Part shown: positions 38,701 to 51,890 of the stretch, one piece after another
How the letters are laid out: each line of letters begins with the position of its first letter
Position numbering within the stretch: position 1 is the first letter of the stretch
Assembly (NCBI GenBank): GCA_051362555.1
Contig: CM120643.1
Coordinates: 930,001 to 994,000, forward strand
Direction of reading: 5' to 3'
Length of the DNA: 64,000 nucleotides
DNA from: Lingula anatina
Lineage: Eukaryota; Animalia; Brachiopoda
Notes under the pieces: model-generated
Seen by the model: the letters and a program-made list of their open reading frames with translations, nothing else
The model's database searches: none
Told to the model about the DNA's origin: nothing
Translations under genes and position numbers: made by a program

Positions 38701-39788
38701 TGAGTGTAGTAAACCGTTAATTAGTGCTGATAACATAAATTTGAATACATATCATTTACATATCCAAATGGATCTAAGCATGACGGTTTGCATGCGGTGA
38801 ACTATTAATAGTATTGAGAGCTAATTTCCATATATGTGATCTACATATTCGTTAATGCAAATTGTACCCACAATTAAATTTTAAGGTCTTGAGGCATGGC
38901 ATGTCGCATGTCAGTCCTAGAAGTTAATCTAAAATGTAAATTAAGTTCATGTATAAAAGTAGAGAGACTGAGAGAGTAAGGGATAGATACGACAGAGAGA
39001 GATGGTAAAAGAGACCTGAGTCTTCAGTCGGTTGAATAAATCATGTAGCAGAAAACTATTCCTGCCTGTCTCAGTTGACTTATTGGTGAAAAAGTAACTC
39101 TAAGAAGGTGTGTATAACCACCGGCCGGTTATTACATGAGGCTGGGAGAGCACTTAGTCTTAGGCTGGGAGACCACTTAGCCTCAGACTGGGAAACCACT
39201 CAGCCTCAGGCTGGGAGACCACTTAGCCTTAGGCTGCTCTACATAAACAAGCGTATATGTGTGAAAGTGTAAACCATTAGCCTGTTAAGAAATCAAACGT
39301 ACGCAAATTACTTAAAAAAACTACTGTTCAACGCAACATAAATCAAAATATCATTTTTTAATGACAGTTATACTTTAATAATAATATTTATTTATAATCT
39401 AAAACCCATTAAAATGTTCAGGGGTAGAATTAACAAAATAAGCTTAATATAAATTAATGAATAAATAAAATTATTAAGAGAGTAAAATACAGCGTATAGC
39501 ACAATGTAAAGTTAAAAAAAGCCAAATTATTTTTAGAGCATATTGGCAAAGAAAACAAAAATGTTTTCATTGTCATGGTCTCTACCGTTTTGTAACTACA
39601 TTGGTAGAATGTTCTATTCATTTGAGTCTCTGATTTGTAGAGCTAAATAACGTAAAACCTATGTACGTCGCCATAGGTTTTACGTTATTTTGGCTTTCTC
39701 AGCAAGACTGAACGAGTGATCAAAAAATAAGAATGTCCCAAATATTGATAAAATCAAATATCATTCCATGGTCTACATGTAATTTTAA

Positions 39789-41020
39789 GGCCTCAAGGAT
39801 ATTAATGAAAAAGTCCAAAACTAATGCAGCTTATTTAAGCTAATTTAAGCAAAACAATTTTCCAAAGCTTGTAGTCGCAGTGTAACACGAGTGACGTATC
39901 AGCGTTTTCATTGCTTAAATCAAGTTTTTCTCTTAAACAAAAAAACCCTAAAAATACGATTGAAAGAGCTATCTAAAATTTAGCACAAAAAACAGTAAAC
40001 CGACTTTGGATTTTCTCTTGTTATTTTTACTTTTGATTTTATTTCGATAAAACATGTATTTCACGAAATATATATGAACCCTCCACTTTCAGTATAAATA
40101 ACTTCAAAAATAAAAGGTCAATCAAAAATCAAGATACAGCTGAAAAGAAATTATACTGAAACACAGCCACATCAAATTTCATGTAAATCTGACAGTTAAA
40201 TTTTGAGATATGGTGGTTGAAGTTTAGACTATGTCATCAATCTCCAAAGCTGAGAAATCGCTCGTAAACCATTTGACGCAGGTAATTGGGCTAATTCAGC
40301 AAATTTACTGCACCTCCACCTTACCTGTTAATATCTTATTGATCAGAAAGGTCTACACATCATTATGTGTTAAAATTGGGATGTTTGTTTCTATCTAGAT
40401 GCCAGAATATCTTACTTTTTGTACGCAAACTTATTCGCCCCACGAAAGCCGCTCTTCCCTGAGAATTGATTGACAGCTGAGTACCTATTCCCGTTTCACT
40501 GAAGTAATTGACTATAATTGTGTCTGTCGCAGTAGGAGACTGTGCACTGTCTAGGAAGTGTCTAAGGAAGCGCTACAAACAAAAAGCAAATGACTTGAGG
40601 TGCAAGCAGAGGACAATGCCACCGGTCGTGCGTGAACGTCGCTCTACACACCAAGACGCGAAAATTGAGAAAGCAAAGAAATAATTACTCCGAGAAATGG
40701 CCGAATGTGGGTATGTGTCTGCCACGATGCCACAAAGTAATATGCGAGTTTGAAAATGGTTTTTGGGTGGCAATATTACAATTTATAAATCTGCTTGCTG
40801 TTACGATTGATCTTTATTATGAATGTAATGATAGCCTAACGATGAACGAATACTCAGCAGCTCAAGTGTGATCCCGCCCCCCTTAGTAACGGTGCTTGAC
40901 AACGTAGGCGGAGCCTAAAGGCTTCCATGCGTACCAGTCAGGACAGGTAGAAAACTCGTCCAAATGTATATTATTTGTCCGTGTTGCAAAAATACAACTT
41001 AATTCAGTATCCTTGAGGTC
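39789..41020. mobile_element. TTAA-flanked non-autonomous DNA transposon (Kolobok-type)
   Basis: TTAA at 39785-39788 and 41021-41024; TIR ggcctcaaggata / tatccttgaggtc. Confidence 0.75.
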
Positions 41021-41070
41021 TTAAGGTACTTGCCAGATTTTTGTTGAAACGTTAAAACTCTAAAACTCAC

Positions 41071-41396
41071 TTATAATTCAGTAGAATCTGCCTCTGCAAG
41101 CTGATTGGCTCCAACTCCTTGATTCCATTAAGTAGAGCTTCATATTCATCACTTACGTAGCCCAGTTCCATGCTGACCCGTGCTTTTTTTGCTGCCATGG
41201 TGAACAACTGCTTCTCTGGACTGATTCCAGGCCAACATTTATCAAGATCCTTGATGATTTTTTCCTTCACCATTTTCCTGTCTTCCTTTGGAACCAAATC
41301 CCATCGATTACAAACGAAAATGGCGGATCTAGGATCGAATGAGTTTGTGCCCTCAGTGCCCTGATGTTCGACAAGCATTTTCAGCAGCTTTTGAAG
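41071..41396 (-). CDS. Dynamin-like/pseudokinase gene, most 5' exon found (end of dynamin-like GTPase domain)
   Basis: ttttAG acceptor, AA|GTGAG donor phase 2; FDPRSAIFVCNRWD (G4 NKxD-like), CWPG, LFTMAAKKA. Confidence 0.8.
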
Positions 41397-43420
41397 CTAA
41401 AACGTAAGTAAAATATTGAAACATACAGTGCAGACATTTTCTGAAACAAATATCAGATAATTAAAAAAAAAATGTTCCTTCATTGTATTATATGATGATT
41501 TATTAACTGTAAGACAACTGGAAGTCAATATAACCTTCAGATCCCCGTTTCATTAAAATTGGATAGCGGCATGCTATGGATAATACTGTCTACTGGATAA
41601 AATTGGTATCTTCTGGACAGTTATCGTGAGGACATTATTAACCAGCGGGTGACAGTGACAGAGCTCCAAGAAGTCTACAGCCTCGGGGAAATATTTACTA
41701 AGAACAGGATAACTGTCCTTTGATGAAACCGGTGTAACATTAATCCAGGTCCCCCAGGACCTACGGATCTCGGTTCATGGTAATGGTTGTCCATAGGACT
41801 GCCATTACTTATGGATAGTAGTGGGGGGGGGGGGGGGGGGGGGGATGATAATACCAACCTTTTTGTACTACCCCCCTGAAATTATGTAATGGGTCATAAA
41901 AGACATAACAGTATTTTTTTTAGAATTTTAAAACCCCTCTAACCCCCCTGTACATACCCTCTGAAGTTTGCCATATTCGAAATTACTGATTTTTTTGCAA
42001 TTTTTTGCATTTTTTCATGGTATTTGCCCTTCTTAATGTTCCAAATGCTAAGAGAAATATATTCTTGTAATTTTTATCCACAAATATCAAGATAAAACCA
42101 GTTTCAACATCATAGCTAAAGAAAATAATGAAAAAATAGACCATTTTTGCTCATAATCGTTTAGGGCAGACCCATATTTTATGTCACACACTGAATATGC
42201 TATATCTGAATAGTATGTTTAATACATCAAAATAATCCTTGATGATTGGCCTTTCTTTTTGGTATAAAACAATAATCACATGGGTCTCAGGGTTGTCACC
42301 TACACATCAGAATTTACCCCTACCCCCTTTATCATGATAAACATGCAGGCGGTTGCTTTGTGATTTGGGGGGTTCAATACCTCTTTTGAATGATAAGTCA
42401 GCCCCAGAAACTATGTTCTTATAATAAAACTATATATTTCAATTATATTTATGTTTAATAATTGCACAAAACTGTTCAAAATATTGCACAACCCTACAGA
42501 TACTTGGTAAAATAGCAATTCTAAGACATCTGCCAACCCCTTGCTTGATTTTGTTGCCTTGGAGAACATACAAGTGAGTGTGAAATGAAGATATTTTGTC
42601 AAATGTTTTATTCAGAATATTTTTTCTATCTTTGAAAAGAGATGCCCAACAGAATAATGTTGGATATTTACTAGTATATATACAGGGAACAAACAAAGCA
42701 GTACTTGTCTGTGAAGTGCAAGAATTAAATGTGGCGGATCATATATAATGATGTATGAAGGTGTAGGAGTTCAATATAAACTTGACATAGAATATTTATG
42801 ATCAAAGCCACATCAAAATACAATGTTTTTAATACATTATCCCAATATGACAAAGAAAACTGCTAAGTATGTAACTTAATTATATCATAAACATTCTTAG
42901 TCATGTTTGAACAAGATCCTATACATATACATGTACCATCCATCCTTTTCCATCCATGTATTTCACACTGCAACACAGCTTCATTAGTTCCAACAATTTA
43001 TTATTATACAACATTATTCAGTTGGAAATGTTCTACTCAAAGAGTGGAAAGATATTCTTGGACATGCAGACATTAGCTATTTCAATGGCAACTTCTTTGC
43101 TGGTCTCAGTTTATGATAGTGAGTGTTTCCTGTCTGCATACATGAAGAACCAAGATATATCATCCATTATTGCTTGCGTCATTAAAAAATTATGTCACTG
43201 AGTGATAAAAAACATCCAGTCTTCTGTTGTGAGATATTTTGGTCAATGATATCAAATCTGACATAAGATGCCATTCAGAAGAAAGGAACACCCCCAGAAA
43301 ACCATATCAACAGTTTGATGTCAGAATTAACTTTAAGCTAAGATATTAAAGAAAATGATAGCCCCCGGACAGTGATATGTTACACAGTTAAAGAACTCAC
43401 TACAGTAAATCATAAAAAGC

Positions 43421-43583
43421 CAGTAATTGCGGGTATGACCTCCAGCAGCCGCTTGCAGCGCCCTCATCCTACATGGCATACCCTGTGACACGTTTTTTAG
43501 AGTTTGGGTGGAGATATCATTCCACGCAGTGATATTTGCCTGTGGCAGTTCATTACTATTTACCGGCCGATGACCATAGCTAT
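43421..43583 (-). pseudogene. Tc1 transposase C-terminal fragment
   Basis: GHRPVNSNELPQANITAWNDISTQTLKNVSQGMPCRMRALQAAAGGHT. Confidence 0.8.
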
Positions 43584-44560
43584 TACCGTACTAGTATTAA
43601 GTATGTGTATATTTACCCCGTGGATCATTTGAAGATTACACTGCGATTAATGCGGTGGAAAATACAATAGAGGGAGTGTATAATGATAGGGTCGCTAAAC
43701 GATTGTTGACGGCATATTGTAACTAGCCTAACCCTCTGGTCGCCTGGGTAGCCATGCCCCCTTAGAGTACTTATGTAAACAAACGGTCTCCCGTAGCGAA
43801 CTATCCTTTTGTCCAACAGCATCGCGCGTGCAGCTGATTATGTATGTAGTGACACTATAGCTATCTGCATATTCATTTGTGCTACCTGTCTTTTGATTCA
43901 TTCTGCTGTGTCAAATGTTGTGAATCAGCCCACTGGTTCGTTGACTTATTTTTTTCTGAAGATTGGTGATGCAGATATTGAGTGCTTAATTATTTACCCT
44001 CCTTCTAACAAGAGAAAGGGGAAAGGAGAGAAAAAGAGAGAGTGTCAAATGAAATGGGTAATGAGTAATACAATACATTAAAAAAAGGGACTCGCGGTGG
44101 AAGAAAAGATTTGCATCAAGGTATGCAATTATAATTCGACATGGCCCATAACATGACTATATATTGTATGACTTATATTTGTGCCGACTTATATTTTACT
44201 CTCGTTCATTTCGTGAAACTATTTCCTTGAATAAAGTTTTGCCTGTATAAATTTACTTTGTGACATGAAGTAATTAATAAAACAAGCCTGTTGAAAAGGG
44301 GGCTTTTCGTAACTAATACAGGTTCACTGTTCAGAAAAATATTGTCGCCGTTCATCGCCGCTACCTTCAGGAAAGCGTACCCTCCGCTTGGATCACCGGC
44401 ATTTTTGGTTATCTGACAAATTAGGGCAATTTACGTTTTAGCTAATAATTCTGAATTTACTAATATCTTGGACTAAATTCGATGTCAGATTCAGAGCAAT
44501 GACGGAAAGCCGCCTGAGTAACTGTTTAATTTTCTAAACTAATCAAACTAGAACGCGTGG

Positions 44561-44932
44561 TTTTTTTCCAGATGTTTTTTATTATCAGTCGAAAACGTTT
44601 TCATGTTTTACTTCTCAAACCTGTACGTACACTATTCTGGACTATTTTATTTTATCCAACTACACATACAAAATACCACTACCCCCCCCCCCCCCCCACC
44701 CATAAACACACACACGCCTTCTTATATTTTGCCGTTTTTGCGTCACTTGTTGTTGCACACCCTGAAGATCTAAGGCGCGTATGATACCATTCATTGTATG
44801 ATAATCTAAGCTACATTTTTCAGACAAAATCATTCAGACCTTTCAACACGACTGGTCTCCTCGAGAATCTCCCCATTTAGGGACATGTCTCCTGATTCCC
44901 CGTTTCATAATAAACACCCACTGATTTATCAG
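44561..44932 (-). mobile_element. 372-bp insertion with 14-bp TSD (retroposon-like)
   Basis: actagaacgcgtgg duplicated at 44547-44560 and 44933-44946; T7 run at left edge; absent in copies 2 and 3. Confidence 0.65.
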
Positions 44933-45053
44933 ACTAGAACGCGTGGCGATACAATTTGTCGCTAGATCTTGTAAACACTCAGCGAAATGCACCTAGTGAC
45001 TATATTCAATGTGCCGTCACTTAATTGCTTTCTCGATTTCATTAATTGACGAT

Positions 45054-48000
45054 CATGGGCGTACAGTGGTCGGAATAATTTTGTTTCCGTTGTACACCGG
45101 TGTAACCACGTTCGAAATGTTTTAATCCCTATCTTGTGAATAGAAGGGGGCGGACAAACAATGGAGGGCCGTATAAATCCCTTCAAAATTCGAACGCACA
45201 AACGCAATAGCTTAGGTGGAATAACACAATACTTAATACGTGTGAACCCCATGACGCCGGTTTCTGTGGCCCAGCGCGAGCGTGACAATCCGCTGTAACT
45301 AGGTGTAATTAACAGCAGGATACATCAGCCAGAAGGTCCCTATTGTTTGTTGCGGCGATAGGATTATAGCTTGAAGAGGCTAAACCCATGCTAAGGCGTG
45401 CCACGCGAAGCGAACTGTCCTTTTGTTCACTAGTTTGGCACGCGCAGCTGGTTTTTAGTGTTGCTAACAAACTGCTAGTTAAATTTGTTATCAGTTATTT
45501 CATCCTATATGAAATTTCCGCAGTCAAAAATTGAACTAATTATTGTTTGTTTGGTTGAAATGCATGAGCGTCAGCATCAATCTGTCTCAAAAAATTCCCA
45601 TTGCATTAATTTATAAATGTATAATTTATTTATGTACTTACGTTTTAATTTGAAATATCTGCATTCAAGCGTTCAAGTATTTATAAGACATGAATGATTA
45701 TGAAAGAGGAATAAGGAAATAACATATTACTTATATTATGCTTATATTATAATATTGAAATTAAATGAGGTGCATTGACATAGGCGCAATGACAATCCAA
45801 CTACAACGTGCAACAGGGGGAAGTCTGGCTGTATGATCATACAATATACGAAAGTACGGTCAATTAAAAGTGTAAATCATCAGTTAAATAGGAGGGGGTC
45901 TTACTATGGTCGCTATCTATTGTTAAACCCGACTGTTATTGTCTCTCGAACAAGCTTAAAGCATGCCTATACAATTACTGTGTCTCCGGCTGCCGTTCAG
46001 AAACACCATGTCGAACGTATTTTGCTACAGTGAGAAACATGGTACACTAGCGACTTGTTTTAGATCACTCAAGAAAGGATGCATACGTGCGACACCAGAG
46101 GAAAAACAATCAAGTATGCTTCTGATCCATTAATAGTAATTGCACAGTGCATGTTACTAGACCTTTGTCCTAACTCAGTAGTTAGGAATAGGATGTTTGG
46201 ATAAAAAGCTTCTATTCAACTCGCTTAGACCTAGGGCGTGATGCTATCATCCGATGAAACACGTAACTGCACCCTCTACCTGAACCTGAAGTCCCTTTAT
46301 CTGAGACAAAAACTGCCCCTTGAACATGTCCATTTTTTAATCGTCAAATGATTTGTGATTTCATTGAACGTCTTTGATCGAAAGCTTTCAAGTGACAATA
46401 ACCGAACCATGTGTTGATTATTTATTAAAGCGTAATTAAGTTTATTCAACATGATCTATTTTGTAAACGATACTTGCCAAGATTGAGCTTGGATTGATAA
46501 CCGTCACTATTTAGCTACTCGCCTATAATGCGTGCTGAACGACAGACAACTTAAAAATATTATCTGTGTAACTGTGCAAATGCAAATGTTAAAATATAAC
46601 AAAGCCGGCATCTAATCCATCGAACGTATCTATATTTGTTCTTTTTAAACCAGTGTAAGGGTAACGCCAAATCAAAGCAAGCCTTGCAGACTGGTTTTGT
46701 TTAAACTGTCGTGCATCAAGTAAAGCTAAGTAAAGCCTGTTTCTACTTCGCAGTGTTCATCCCAGCCATAAAACTGCATGAAGGATAACAAGACTCCGTA
46801 GACCTGTGCTTCAGGTTTCCAGGAGTCCCGTGTAACACAATAATATCGAAGGCCTGAGAGTAATACATATATGAGGCCGTGTATGAAAGATTTAACAAAT
46901 TAGAAATTCAAGAATTTAAACATGCTAGGTACATGCACATCACTTAATAAGTCATTTCACAAAAATCGCATCTAATTGTTTAGATTAACCTTTACTTTTA
47001 TCGATCTCATCCCATTGTCTCAACCACCTAAAAGAAATATAGAGAACATGAGGAAAAGTAACACGTTTACATGCAGGCGAAGGAGTTATACTTCAATATT
47101 AATCGCGAACAATATCAACAGCGACTAAAGACCGTTGCCTGTCTTTCACACTTTTACACAAACACACGAAGGTTTAATAAAGGGAGTTGCGGCGCGATAT
47201 CTACAGGTATCTCTTTCATTCGAACAAGCAAAGGGCTGACCCGAAGTAAGCTTTCTATACTAATGTCCTTTTTATTGTGTATTGTAATTACTCTACTTGC
47301 TCGCCTCCATTGTCTTGTAAAAGTGACAAAGAATGTGTTGTATTCACACACGAGATGAAAGAACTCCTTTACCTTAAGTTGCATAATGTCTTTCTCAAGG
47401 TTATAATCAGTGTGAAGAGGGTGTCTTGCCTCATTTAAAAAGGGTGTTGTTCTTCATACTGGTTGTTGCTTAACTTATGCTAATCTTAAACTTTTATGTA
47501 CCAATATGGTTTTAATAAATCGCTAAAATTATTAATTTAATGAACATTGTGTATCAAACGTTTTGATACGATTTAAATAAATGGACGAGGAGGATTACGG
47601 TATTAGGTTCTATTTACCTCTGGCTTTAACTTCGCCCTGCTATATAAATGAACAAATGTTGCAGATCGTAACAAAAAACTTTCTTATAGTGTTTTATGAC
47701 ATATATGATTTACACATTTGATAGTGAAACACTCCTCGACTTTAACGAATCACCTGACGTAAACTGTCTACCCGCGCTCCCCGAAAAAAACTGTTTCTTT
47801 TAATTTTGAAATGAATTGCTTTTAAGGCAAAGAAGTCCATTAAACCCTTTAGTCTCAATATCATTGTACAGCATGTTGTAATCGATATTTAAAAAAGTTA
47901 ATTTTTGTACTTCGCTTTCATCGAGGATACCTCAAGTTGAGGTTACAATTACGTCGCTCGCCTATGCTACTGGAATATATATTTAAGGACAAATTAAGCT

Positions 48001-51000
48001 TTGTAAAGTCCCTATTGTCACACACCATAGATACTTTATTTTGTCTTGAATGAAAAAATAGCCTCAAATTATCGTTTTGTGCTTAAACCTTTCATTACTT
48101 GAACCAAGATCTGTACTATAGCTACCAAGACGTACATGCATCAAGTTGGGTCTGCTGGGGGAGGGGAGCATTTAAATGATAAACGAGGAAGTCTACCTGC
48201 AAAAGCAGCAGCAGTGGTTTAAATAATCGCTATCTAGACTCCTTTTTCTTTGACAGCAACATAAAAAGTGTTTAGGGAGAAAGTCACACAAAGACCCGAC
48301 GTTGTTTTGTCTTCAGCATTTCCTCTTCCTTGTTATCTGCAATTACTATCGTCAATTAATGAAATCGAGAAAGCAATTAAGTGACGGCACATTGAATATA
48401 GTCACTAGGTGCATTTCGCTGAGTGTTTACAAGATCTAGCGACACATTTTATCGCCACGCGTTCTAGTTTGATTAGTTTAGAAAATTAAACAGTTACTCT
48501 GTCGGCTCTCCGTCATTGCTATGAATCTGACATCGAATTTAGTCCAAAATATTAGTAAATTCAGAATTATTAGCTAAAACGTAAATTGCCCTAATTTGTC
48601 AGATAATCAAAAATGCCGGTGATCCACGCGGAGGGTACGCTTTCCTGAAGGTAGCGGCGACGAACGGCGACGATATTTTTCTGAATAGTGAACCTTTATT
48701 AGTTACGAAAAGCCCCCTTTTCAACAGGCGCGTTTTATTAATTACTTCATGTCACAAAGTTAATTTATACAGGCAAAACTTTATTTTAAGGAAATAGTTT
48801 CACGAAATGAACGAGAGTAAAATATTAGTCGGCACAAATATAAGGCATACAACAATGAGTCATGTTATGGATCATGTTATGGGCCATGTCGGATTATAAT
48901 GGCATACCTTGATGCAAAACAGTCTATCGTTTCTTCCACCGCGAGTCCCTTTATTTAATGTAATGTATTACTCATTACCCGTTTCATTTGACACTCTCTC
49001 TTTTTATCTCCCTTCCCCTTTCTCTTGTTAGAAGGAGGGTACATAATTAAGCACTCAAAATCTGCACCACCAATCTTCAGAAAAACAGAAGTCAACGAAC
49101 CAGTGGGCTGATCCACAACATCTGACACAGCAGAATGAATCAAATAACAGCTAGCACAAATTTATATGCAGTTAGCTATAGTGTCACTACATACATAATC
49201 AGCTGCACGCGCGAAGCTGTTGAACAAAAGGATAGTTCGCTACGGGAGACCGTTTGTTTACATAAGTACTCTAAGGGGGCGTGGCTACCCAGGCGACCAA
49301 GGGATTAGGCTAGTTACTATATGCCGTCAACAATCGTTTAGCGACCCTATCATTATACACTCTCTCTATTGTATTTTCCACCGCATTAATCGCAGTGTAA
49401 TCTTCAAATGGTCCACGGGGTAAATGTACACATTCTTAATCCGAGTACGGTAACTAGGCATACGCACGGATGCACTGTGCGTACAATTTTTTTGGCCAAC
49501 CATGATATTATTTTATATAAATTTAGTGTATTTTTCACGGAATATAAAAAAACCCTCTGCTTATTAAAGTCACCTGTATGTACAAATCCTCTGTATCAAT
49601 TGTAGGCCTATAGGCACAATTGTTCTGACCCCCCCTCCCCGTCTTGCAAACTGAGGTTAACAATGCCTGTAACCTTAACAATTCCTATCTTAGTCGTCCA
49701 TCTAACTGGAACTTCCTTTACCTCTTAATTGGAGGGTTCAGTGGCCCTCAACTCTTCTGTACAATCTTTCTTCAGAATATCAAGCGCATTCTCACTGGCG
49801 ATATTCATCTCAGGAAAAATCTGCCTGAGTGTTATTTTCAAAGAGCGGCTCGATCCCGCAACCCTGGGGGCACTAGATAAAATCTGAACACCAGGTTTAA
49901 GAAGGAGCTAGAGAAACAAAAGAAAGGATTTTTCCTGCAAATCTGCAAAGAATTTTGACACGGACTTGACCCAGCTTACCCCTCCAAACTAACAGGGTGA
50001 CAGGGGCAGTTTTTACAAACAAATAATTAAACTTAGATGGTTGGTTTTGGGAGCCATGCATCCACATGTAAGGTGAATCTAAGATCTAATAAACGGATAA
50101 ACGTATATTTGATCTTAGGGTGAATGAAACCGTATGTTAGTTCAACTCAGAGGTGGATCCAGGATTTTTTGAAGGGGGTTCCACATATGCGAAGCTAGCA
50201 GGGGCGGATTTAGTGCGTCTTCTGGGTCTTCCGGAAGACGGTCATATTTTAAAGTTTACATTGACAGGTATCTAATTATTTCTGTCGGAAGACGGTCAAA
50301 AAATGGAGGATGGATCAACAAAGATAATTTGGAAGACTGTCAGGAAATAACTCTGGGTCCGCCCCTGGCTAGCCTCCCTATAAATAAATATACCGTTCTG
50401 GGTAATAAGAATATTGAAACTTTTTTTAATTGCGAGAATATTTCTGACTAAATGATAATTTAATAATAAATGGAAATTAAGCTGCGATGTGTGGTACACA
50501 TGCAGGGCCGTAGCCTACGGTGGGGGCAGATGCCCCCCCCCCCCCCCCCTTGGGATTTGAGGTGCAAAATAATGATAATAATAATAATAATAATAATAAT
50601 AATCGCAGAGGTAAAAAAAAATAATAATTGCAAAGTTGGTTTCAATTCTGTGAAAAAATGCACTCATGGCCACTAGACAATCATTCAACAATATGTTTAC
50701 AAAGGTGTACTGTTTTTAGCCAACTCTCTCTCCCCTCCCTTAGGAAATAAAGTCCAATTGGCGTGTTGTGTTGAAAAAATGACTGCACTTATGGCAAAAT
50801 GAACCCACAATTTCTGACTTCTGATTGAGCAATAAATAACAGTTAAAATGCACCAGAATGGAGTATTATACATACAGTTTTAAAAAAATTTCCACATCGT
50901 GGGAGGTGGACACCCCCTCCCACACCCTCCCCCCTCGGGGGCTCCGCTCCCTCGTGTCCGCTTACTGCCCCCCCCCCTGCCAATTTGCTCAGGCTACGGC

Positions 51001-51108
51001 ACTGATATGCTGTAATTACGCCGTCCTTCATGTCTTGCGTTGGTCTACATTTTGCTGGGAATTTTTAAGATCTGTGCGTACAATTTTAAAGGCCTGGTTA
51101 CGCCCCTG
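45054..51108. mobile_element. CAGGGGCGTA-type element (~1.67 kb) with 5-bp TSD ACGAT; copy 2 sits in its left TIR
   Basis: catgggcgTA|actaggc vs gcctggttacgcccctg; acgat at 45049-45053 and 51109-51113; contains further MITEs at 50199-50367 and 50503-51004. Confidence 0.75.
45064..49450 (-). mobile_element. 4.35-kb TA-targeting non-autonomous element, copy 2 (complete, inverted)
   Basis: TA|CAGTGGTC ... GTACGG|TA; reverse complement of 51891-56239. Confidence 0.88.
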
Positions 51109-51890
51109 ACGATAGTAATTGCAGTAAACAAGGAAGAGGAAATGCTGAAGACAAAACAACGTCGGGTCTTTGTGTGACCTCTCCCTAAACACTTTTTATG
51201 TTGCTGTCAATGAAAAAGGAGCCGAGATAGCGATCATTTAAACCACTGCTGCTTCTTTTGCAGGTAGACTTCCTCATTTATCATTAAAATGCTCCCCTCC
51301 CCCAGCAGACCCAACTTGAGGAATGTCATAGTAGACTGTATAGTACACTGTATATCAGATCTTGGTGCAAGTTATAAAAGGTTGCTATTTTTTTCATTCA
51401 AGATAAAATTAAGTATCTATGGTATGTGACAATAGGGACTTTACAAAGCTAAATTTGTCCTTAAATACATGCTGTACAATGACAATGAGTAAAAAAAAGG
51501 GTTAATGGACTTCTTTGTCTTAAAAGCGATTCATTGTGAAATTAAAAGAAATAACAAAAAAAAAAAAAAAAAAAAAAGGAAATTAGTTTAGAAAGCTTAC
51601 TTTGGGTCAGCCCTTTGCTTGTTCGAATGAAAGAGATAGATATCGCGCCGCGACTCCCTTTATTAAACCGTCGTTTGTTTGTGTAAAAGTGTGAAAGACA
51701 GGCAAGGGTCTCGAGTCGCTGTTGATATTGTTCGCGATAATATTTAGTTACACGGGACTACTGAAATCCTGAAGCACAGGACATTGTGAAAGTTAATTCG
51801 CTATGGAGTCTTGTTTTCCTTCATGCAGTTTTATAGCTGGGATGAACACTGCGAAGTAGAAACAGGCTTTACTTAGCTTTACTTAATATA

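Larger units (their letters stand above)
43586..51888 (+). mobile_element. 4.35-kb TA-targeting non-autonomous element, copy 1 (pieces 43586-45053 and 51109-51888; internally deleted)
   Basis: TA|CCGTACTAG start; colinear with copy 3 (51891 onward); interrupted by other elements. Confidence 0.8.

Noticed and set aside
30832-41396. Calling the gene DSTYK or an active kinase
   Set aside because: HRD and DFG are lost and the sequence is very divergent; orthology cannot be shown without phylogeny
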